Positions 55,977 through 64,000 of a DNA stretch of 64,000 nucleotides are shown here, piece by piece. A program made the position numbers and the translations under genes. The notes under the pieces were generated by a model. That model was not told the DNA's origin. It searched no databases and was given only the letters and a program-made list of their open reading frames with translations. Every line of letters starts with the position of its first letter. Positions within the stretch are counted from its first letter, which is position 1. The DNA comes from Tetramitus jugosus (lineage: Eukaryota > Protista > Heterolobosea), in assembly GCA_937625935.1 (NCBI GenBank), contig OW569381.1:372001-436000 (forward strand), given 5' to 3'.

Positions 55977-58016
55977 TTATAGATCCGAAAAGCTCTGATC
56001 GGTCATACCGATAACTCCGTTACTAAAAGCACCTCGGAAAGGTATTGATTGCATGACCCGAGGTGACATCCCATTTTGTAAGGGTGATGTAATTTTCTTT
56101 GGAGATGTCCTGCTCGCTAGTTGCCTTCGAAATAGTTCTACTCTCTTGTCCCTCTGAAAGTTGGATATCGCTGAAGATGGGTTCGTTTTTGGTGTGGCCT
56201 TGTTAGGGCTGGAAGTTGGCGTCACATGAGAGTTACTGAATAGGTTCGTGTTGTTTGTGATATTGGAACGAGTTGTCTTTGGACTATGCTTGGAGAGATC
56301 GAAAATACTTGGAATGTTGTTGGCAAAGCTGGCAAACATTTGAGCTTTCGAATGTTGCAACGACAAATCCACTCCCATGGACGTATAATCTATGAAATCT
56401 TGATCTCTATCCTCCTCATATGTTCCCTTCTGTAATTCTCTATCTCTATGTTCATCTTCATCAACCTGCAATTCTCGTTCAACTCTTGTTGAATTATCCG
56501 TTCCTCTTCCATGAGAAAAGTGGACCCAACTACTAAATAGCCCGTTCTCTGTATTTGCTTTGGTAGAGGAGTCACACTCCGCAAATCTCCCGATAGAAGG
56601 TTGTGTAAGTAGCAAACTCAAATCATTCTCAAGCATGCACCATAGATCATCGTTCTTGGATATCCTCTTTTCAATGTACTTCTTCATTTCTGTTACAGAA
56701 CTTTTGTACGTTTCTAACTCCATCATCTTCTTAACTAAATCCCTCTTTTGAGAGATATTTCCCTTTTGTTTCTTCATTATCTCTCTATCACTATTGGATG
56801 CTAGCTCGACATCGTTGTCGAAAATGGGATCGCTTATCATAGCCCATATGATTTGTCTGATGTTAATCTCCTCTTCGTTCGATAACACTTTTTTTTTGGA
56901 AACTATCTCCCCTGCTTGGCGATCACCAATTGGCTTTGATGTTTTGAATGGATTCTCTTTGTCTCGAACAAGGAGCTCAACGATGCTTCTCAAAAAATCT
57001 TTCAAATATTGTCGGAACTCCACTGCCGATTCTTTAAGTAATGTTACTATCGGTTTCATCTGCTCTAATCTACTCACAAATATCTCTAAATCAAGAGCCA
57101 ATTCGATCTCTTTCTCAGTCTTGAATTCTATTGGCTTACTATTTGGCGATGTAATGTTCGGATCGGGAGGGGTTGCACTAACACCACTTGTTAACTTCTT
57201 AACGAATTTTTGGTGTTCAGTTTTCAAGGTTCGTGGTTGGGTTATGAGATTCCTTTCCTGCTTAGAATTCATCTTGGACATCTTTAGAAGTGTAACATCT
57301 AACTCCCGTGCTAACACTTCCTTCTCTCTTCTCAACTTCTTGTTTTCTAGCATCAAGGTGTTCCTTTCCTCCTTCATCCTCTTGTTTTCCGATCTAATTT
57401 CATCCTGCTCTCTTAACTGCTCGTGATTTTTCACTTTGAGCTCAGCAATCTCCTTCGACGAAGAATCATCAATTTGTTTAAATCTTGCAATCAAGTTTTT
57501 AGCCTGTATTAGCTCCTCTTCCAACTTTGCAATGGTTTGCTGAGACTCATAATGGGCAGATGTTATCGTATTTAACCGAGATGAAGTTGCATTCAATTTT
57601 GATCTCGCATTATTGAGCTCAATATTATACTTTACCAGAAAGTGATCCTTCACATATGTTAAAATATTAACTTTACAAGAGGATAAACCCAACCGAAATT
57701 GCTCCCCAGTACTCGCGTTTCTCATGGGAGTATCCCACTTTGACTCTGCAATTACTGCCGTTTCAGTACAAGTAGGAACATTTTCAATTGGAGTGAACTC
57801 TGAAGAATCAGTCTCAAATTCAACAATTGACGCTTCACTCGTTTTTGAACTCGATCGTGAACGTTGTTTGCGTTTGGTCCTGTCCCTTTCTTCATTGCTA
57901 GAAGGGCCAATACTCTCGCTCAAAGCTCTTACCTTGATATAATGGGGAAACTTAAGTGGAGGTATAATCGTTGGATGTTTCGTCACCATTCTGCTTGAGG
58001 GCTCTCGTGTTGTCAT
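55977..58016 (-). CDS. Coiled-coil protein of unknown function
   Basis: Uninterrupted ORF of about 680 aa with a long heptad region; likely ATG at 58016. Confidence 0.7.
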   Translation of the reverse strand: MTTREPSSRMVTKHPTIIPPLKFPHYIKVRALSESIGPSSNEERDRTKRKQRSRSSSKTSEASIVEFETDSSEFTPIENVPTCTETAVIAESKWDTPMRNASTGEQFRLGLSSCKVNILTYVKDHFLVKYNIELNNARSKLNATSSRLNTITSAHYESQQTIAKLEEELIQAKNLIARFKQIDDSSSKEIAELKVKNHEQLREQDEIRSENKRMKEERNTLMLENKKLRREKEVLARELDVTLLKMSKMNSKQERNLITQPRTLKTEHQKFVKKLTSGVSATPPDPNITSPNSKPIEFKTEKEIELALDLEIFVSRLEQMKPIVTLLKESAVEFRQYLKDFLRSIVELLVRDKENPFKTSKPIGDRQAGEIVSKKKVLSNEEEINIRQIIWAMISDPIFDNDVELASNSDREIMKKQKGNISQKRDLVKKMMELETYKSSVTEMKKYIEKRISKNDDLWCMLENDLSLLLTQPSIGRFAECDSSTKANTENGLFSSWVHFSHGRGTDNSTRVERELQVDEDEHRDRELQKGTYEEDRDQDFIDYTSMGVDLSLQHSKAQMFASFANNIPSIFDLSKHSPKTTRSNITNNTNLFSNSHVTPTSSPNKATPKTNPSSAISNFQRDKRVELFRRQLASRTSPKKITSPLQNGMSPRVMQSIPFRGAFSNGVIGMTDQSFSDL

Positions 58017-58181
58017 TCTTTCCACAGTCTGTGCCTTGAAAATAATGTGTTTGCTTTTCGAAAGAAAAAATCTGTAGATGAGCATAACGGGCAGAAAATG
58101 AGCCGTCAGGCTCAAAACCAAAGAACAAGCGAAAATGATGCGAAAAGATAGTATTTGATTTGATGATAAAAAACAAGATGT

Positions 58182-58948
<767 letters not shown>

Positions 58949-59394
58949 TCAAATTAATTGAATATTTGTTTCGGAGAAATAAAATCCTAACAAAGGCTGC
59001 CATACAATGCTATCTACTCCTCATTCATGTAAACTAGAATTGTCCAGAATTTGTTAAAGAAGAAGCTTATGAGAAGATGCTTCTCTGTTACCATGAGTGG
59101 AGCTCATCCAGTTATGGGATCAGAGCCACACGTAGAGCTACATTTTACATTATCATTTCTGAAGGGATGTAAGCTCGCGAGCAAGATAGAAATCCAGAGA
59201 GCAGTTGTAATCATGTTTTGTTGACTTTTGAATGTTGATGGGTGATGCGTACCCCGAAGCTATAAAAATAACGACTTGTGTGGAATCCGTTGAATCATCA
59301 AGGAACACGATCAAGCCATTCCACCCAACACCACCACCAAAACAAAAAACCAAACAGTCAGAATCCGATCTACCTACTTCTTATACGTACCACC

Positions 59395-59880
59395 ATGTCT
59401 GCCAAAGCAAGCGTCGATGAAATTGTCAAAAGTTACAAGAATCTTCTGGTCAACCTGAAGAATAATCCGACAAACCCTGGTCTCAATGATCTGAGATTGA
59501 TCAACTCTTCTCTCCTGATGGTCCACTCACTGTTTGCTATTGTTTTACCAGTGATGATCCGTGCATTCACAGGTGGTGTCTCCGTTGTGAGCAATGACTA
59601 CACTTGTGTGAGACTTGTGGACGAACAGATTCGTTTCTCTGGTGTGTTGAGTCTTGCTCTCGTCCTGTTCAACTACTTGTCTTCTAGATGGGCCGAAGTA
59701 GCACAGAGAGATGTCATGAGAGTGATGGCAATTGTTTATGCTCTGGGAAGCTTTGTCTGTGTCTTGTCAGTGTACTCTGGTGGATCATTCTTTTATTTGA
59801 TTGGAATGTTGATTATGAGTGCATTGGCTTTCTTCCATGCTCAATCATCCGGATTGGCCTCCTATTTCAAGAAGGAGTAA
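59395..59880 (+). CDS. Small four-TM membrane protein, possible C-terminal dilysine ER motif
   Basis: ATG at 59395 (CACCATG); four hydrophobic segments; ends FKKE. Confidence 0.7.
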   Translation: MSAKASVDEIVKSYKNLLVNLKNNPTNPGLNDLRLINSSLLMVHSLFAIVLPVMIRAFTGGVSVVSNDYTCVRLVDEQIRFSGVLSLALVLFNYLSSRWAEVAQRDVMRVMAIVYALGSFVCVLSVYSGGSFFYLIGMLIMSALAFFHAQSSGLASYFKKE

Positions 59881-60174
59881 TGGACGGAGGAGATGCCTAG
59901 TTGAGAAACAACGCCCTCAACAACAACGATAACAACAAGGTTCTGATCCTGCCGTGTCGGAACACACACGACTCTCTATTGAACATAATGACTCCTTCAT
60001 AAATGGAATAAAACAAAATTAAATATATCAGGAGCTCTTGACAGAATGAATGCACAACAAAAGAAATATGAAATTCAACGATGAATAATATTATATTTTG
60101 TTGTGTATTTGGAATGTTTTTGTCTGGGTGGAGGCTTTGTCTGGTGGATAAGATGAGGTGGGTTGGAAGAAAAG

Positions 60175-62283
60175 TTAGAGATTGCTTGGATGAGATCGCA
60201 TCACACTCACCACATCCTTGTCTTTGTCTTGCAACAATTGATTCACCATCTCTTGAGCCCAATCTATCAGAAATAGGTTGTTATCTCTCACGAAGCGAGC
60301 CACACCAAGTCTAATGTTTGGTACTTTGTCTGCGACTAGTGTGTTCAACTCTGGGACAAACTCTGTTATGAAAAAGTCTGTTGGGATGTCACGGTAGAGA
60401 GAAGAGCAAGCATAAATAAAGGCTAAGCGACGGTGGTGTGCTCCTCTGGCCATGGAGTGAAGGAAGGATAGGAATTCCTCTCTTGCTTCCTTGCGTTCCT
60501 CTTCGTCATCTGTGCGATAGTAGGGATTCTCTTCGACATCATCGGAATTTGGAGTCGGTATAGAGTCAATAACAGCAGCGCTTGTGGTCACTGGAGGCAA
60601 GAGTCGCTTAAGGAGCAGACCTGCACTTAACACTGCTTGCTTTCTGACGCAGGCGAATTGATCATCATAAGATGATTGTGCTGGCTTCAGTATGACATGC
60701 CTCACGCATTGGACTGAGACGAGCATGGCCATTTCACCTAATTGTTCGCTGATGCGAGCTCTTATTCTCCAATTGTCGGTTTCTTCTGGCAGCAGACATA
60801 TCAGTGGTACATATTGTTCACGCTTAGCAAGGGAAAGATTGCTCAAAAAGATGGAAACATTGGAAATGACACCAATCTTCACTTCATCCAAATCTCTCAA
60901 GAACAACTCGAATGCACTCGATAGAACACGCTCACTGATTTCGCGTCCCACAATTCTTGCAATCTCGTGCAATGAGCAGGCCAATGACCTTCTCACCTTC
61001 CATTGCACATCCTTGACCAAGTGTTGATATGCCTTCTCGAGATTGGAACTGGCAAACTTTTCAGGACCACAAGTGTACACAACAGCAGGGAAGTTGTAAG
61101 CACAGTACTCTACCAAGTCACTCTCGCTCTGAGAATCATGATCATTCACAAATGCCATATCACTAAAGTAGTTGATGAGTGAGTCAGGAACGTTGGCTCT
61201 TCTCTTTTCCTGAGGAATGTCATCATTCTCAGAATTGTCTCTAAAGGACAGAATGAACGCGCCCAGATTCTTGTAGCTCTCCATCTTGACCCACCTGCTC
61301 ACATCTTCAGTAAATCGTTCAAACAGTTCGACAAGGGACTTTTCACGCACATCCTCCGAACAGCACTGAGACACCTTTGGTAAGCTTTCGGCACAAGCCT
61401 TTCTCACACCCCAGATATCATCTCTACTCAGTGTGAGAAACACTGGAATCAACTTTGAGTCAGTCTCTTCCACACCAATCTCATAACAAATGTTGCCCAA
61501 GTTTTGAGCCACAGTCTTCCGCACCAACAAGCTCGGATCCTCACTCAATGAGATAATCTCCTGAACTACAATATTGGTGCACAGTTCTCTGCCAAAAACA
61601 GGTGCCAATTCATTAAATAATTTTGCTGCAGCAATCCTGTACTCTTCCACTCTTTCATCATGAGCCAAATTGACAATGACACTCAATAGTTGAGGATCGA
61701 CGTGTTCGGCCTTGATGTGCTGCGAGATTTTATTGAGGGCTTCAATCGCCGACTGTCCCACCTCTACACTCTTGTCAATAATCAATTCGAAAGCATAGGG
61801 AATGAATGTGTTGATGAGTTCACTGTAACCATCTTCATCCATCTTTGATTCATCTCTCTCCAATTGACCATACAAGTCCTTGTCATCACCACTACCACCA
61901 CCACTACTCTCATCCATTTGATCGACATCAATACCCTTTGCTTGATTAAAAACAGGTTTTTGAGCCTTTTTTGGTAGAGTGTCCAAGTGCTCATTGTATA
62001 GGAAGAAGAGAGCGAGTTGATGAAGTTGATCAGCAAACACTTGTCGCACCACTGGTTCCGTATCGCTCACAAAATGAGTCAATAGTGGCAATAATCGTTT
62101 TTTGGCCTCTTCGTGACCTGCTTCACGTGCTGTATCAAAAATATCACGCACCAACACTAGTCTTTGCAAGGAAAAATCAGAGTTGTAATATTTTTCGAGT
62201 CGAGACAGTGAGTCGAGAGAGTCATCAATGGTGTATTCGTTAAATATGAAATCACCATCGTCGTATTCGTCTTCGTCATACAT
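60175..62283 (-). CDS. PPP4R1: HEAT-repeat phosphatase scaffold, PP4 regulatory subunit 1-like
   Basis: DDIWGVRKACAE, DVSRWV, CAYNFPAVVYT, DVQWKVRRSLACSLHEIA, DLDEVKIGV, DKVPNIR. Confidence 0.88.
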   Translation of the reverse strand: MYDEDEYDDGDFIFNEYTIDDSLDSLSRLEKYYNSDFSLQRLVLVRDIFDTAREAGHEEAKKRLLPLLTHFVSDTEPVVRQVFADQLHQLALFFLYNEHLDTLPKKAQKPVFNQAKGIDVDQMDESSGGGSGDDKDLYGQLERDESKMDEDGYSELINTFIPYAFELIIDKSVEVGQSAIEALNKISQHIKAEHVDPQLLSVIVNLAHDERVEEYRIAAAKLFNELAPVFGRELCTNIVVQEIISLSEDPSLLVRKTVAQNLGNICYEIGVEETDSKLIPVFLTLSRDDIWGVRKACAESLPKVSQCCSEDVREKSLVELFERFTEDVSRWVKMESYKNLGAFILSFRDNSENDDIPQEKRRANVPDSLINYFSDMAFVNDHDSQSESDLVEYCAYNFPAVVYTCGPEKFASSNLEKAYQHLVKDVQWKVRRSLACSLHEIARIVGREISERVLSSAFELFLRDLDEVKIGVISNVSIFLSNLSLAKREQYVPLICLLPEETDNWRIRARISEQLGEMAMLVSVQCVRHVILKPAQSSYDDQFACVRKQAVLSAGLLLKRLLPPVTTSAAVIDSIPTPNSDDVEENPYYRTDDEEERKEAREEFLSFLHSMARGAHHRRLAFIYACSSLYRDIPTDFFITEFVPELNTLVADKVPNIRLGVARFVRDNNLFLIDWAQEMVNQLLQDKDKDVVSVMRSHPSNL

Positions 62284-62497
62284 GTTTGTTGTTTGTTTGT
62301 GTTGTGTTGTGTGTGAGTGTTGTGTGAATTCAAAGATGTGTTTGTTGTTGTTGTTTGGCTGGGGGTGGATTGGGGGACCTCAATACTGCTGTTTGCTTTA
62401 CAAAGAAGGAGAACAACAATTCTCCGCAAGTTCTGTTTTAGGTTGACTGCGATTGAAAAAATAGGGCAAATATTCAAAATCAGCAGGATGAATATCT

Positions 62498-62569
62498 GGC
62501 TTAATAGCACAGCGGTAGTGCACCAGTCTTGTAAACTGGGGGTCCCGAGTTCGATTCTCGGTTGAGCCT
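62498..62569 (+). tRNA. tRNA-Thr(UGU)
   Basis: Acceptor GGCTTAA/TTGAGCC, D-arm GCAC/GTGC, anticodon arm CCAGT-CTTGTAA-ACTGG, T-arm CCGAG-TTCGATT-CTCGG; no encoded CCA; TTTT Pol III terminator downstream. Confidence 0.96.
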
Positions 62570-62627
62570 ACTTTTGCGATCGACAGATTCTTGGGAACTC
62601 GATCAATAACAAACATCCTTTCGAACT

Positions 62628-63954
62628 TTATTGCCAATAACAAGTTGCGTTGCATCTTTCGTTCGACCAATAGGTGATTGGACATGCAAATGTGTTATTC
62701 ATAAGGTTGCAAGCATACATCATAGGAGGGGATGGAATATTGGGAATACCACCCAAATTGTTGTTACTCAAATCCAATACCTGAAGGGAGTATGAATAAC
62801 CGATTGTGGCTGGAATACTTCCGTACAAGTAATTATTTGACATATTCAAGTATCTTAAACTTGGAAGAGAACCAATCTCATCAAGGATATAGTCCTGCAA
62901 TCCATTGTTTGACAAGTCTAAAACTTCCAAGTATGGGAGTCGACTAAAGATGTGTGGAATTCGTGAAATTTTTTCTCCAGATATCCTAAGGGTCTTCAAC
63001 ATGAAACACACTCCAAGACCTTCTGGAAGGTAGGTAGATTCGAACTTGTTATCTCTAATCTCTAGAGTGGTCAAATTTCTCATGAAATCAAAGTATGGAA
63101 ATGCACCTTGGAATCTGTTACCAACAATGACCAAGCTCCTCAAATTTGACAGATATTGGAAGGAATCTGGCAGAAAACCAGAGACCACTTTCAATAATGG
63201 AGAGAACTTCCAATGAACTTGGTAGATAGGGAGGTAGCGAACCATGTAAGAAAAGATAGGAAATGTTGAGCTCTTTCAAACTAAAAAGGTTGACAAGTTG
63301 CTCTGGAAGTACTCCATCGATCAAGTTGACAGCCACATTCAGCGAGGTCAGATTGGAAAGCATGACAATGGAGGATGGAATATGTCCAGAGATCAAGTTT
63401 TCAGACAAATTCAACTCGGTCAACAGTGTAGCATTACCCACATTACTTGGGATTTCACCACGGATTCTGTTTCCTCTCAAATCCAACTTTTCCAAGGTTG
63501 TTAGGGAGAAGAGAGAGAATGGAATATCTTGTGTTGTTCCCAGATACCAGAGATTGTGGAGTTAGTTGAGATTGTCAGTGACTACACGGACACGAGCATT
63601 GAAAAACAAACACATCAATCAAGAGACAAGTACCAGCTACATACAACCAGACAAATTATTTTCAGCCAAGAACAATGAGACGAGTTGAGTGTTGTTGTAG
63701 GTAGAGTCTAGTCTACAAGATACACCAAACCATGAGCAATAGTCATCCTTGACTAACCAACCAGAAGAGTGAACCCAATTTTTACCATTGGTTGCGTTAA
63801 AGAGCTCCCCCAAAGCTCTGTAGACTTCATGGCTGTAGTGGTGGTGCTGTTGAGGGTGTACAAACCAGTTTTGGAAGGAGAAACCTTGGCAAATATGACT
63901 CATCGTAAGAAAGAGAACAATGCCGCATAAGACGGCGCCCATAAGCTTTGACAT
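62628..63954 (-). CDS. Secreted plant-type LRR protein (N-cap + LxxLxLxxNxLxGxIP repeats); intron 63644-63528; apparent frameshift near 63180
   Basis: Signal peptide; ALGELFNATNGKNW...CSWFGVSC cap; repeats continue across two frames that switch at ESGL/SGFLP. Confidence 0.8.
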
Positions 63955-64000
63955 GATGCTAGTGTGAAGAAGTACAACTGTTGTTTATGTGGATATTTTG

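Overview
Gene-dense eukaryotic (protist) genomic DNA of about 40% GC. It uses the standard code and has short GT-AG introns (GTATGT/GTAAGT/GTGAGT donors, CTAAY branch sites), CAA-rich 5' leaders and many poly-Q/T/N/S tracts. The style fits a heterolobosean or similar amoeboflagellate, but that assignment is inference. Most of the window is housekeeping genes: threonine dehydratase, RhoGEF, Rab, YME1/FtsH, alpha-SNAP, SMYD, SmD1, cytochrome c1, FLVCR-type MFS, SIZ/PIAS, Myb, AdoMetDC, UNC119, esterase D, PRMT5, Ub-eS31, PP4R1 and tRNA-Thr. The main find is an intact, stand-alone Fanzor1-type (eukaryotic TnpB/OMEGA) RNA-guided nuclease gene at 18959-20872 with all three RuvC acidic residues. It is followed directly by a segment that folds into an omegaRNA-like scaffold whose TTAAGG loop can pair with a terminal CCTTAA (pseudoknot), which predicts a guide starting near 20962. 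No transposase is nearby, and a patchwork of broken gene fragments (internal VPS35 piece, truncated F-box-like ORF) lies on its left. Other notable items: a spliced, in-frame uORF ending 3 nt before the AdoMetDC start; an F-box/22-aa-LRR gene with an adjacent decayed repeat cassette; a non-LTR retrotransposon remnant; a frameshifted secreted LRR gene; and an intergenic hairpin followed by an Sm-like site.
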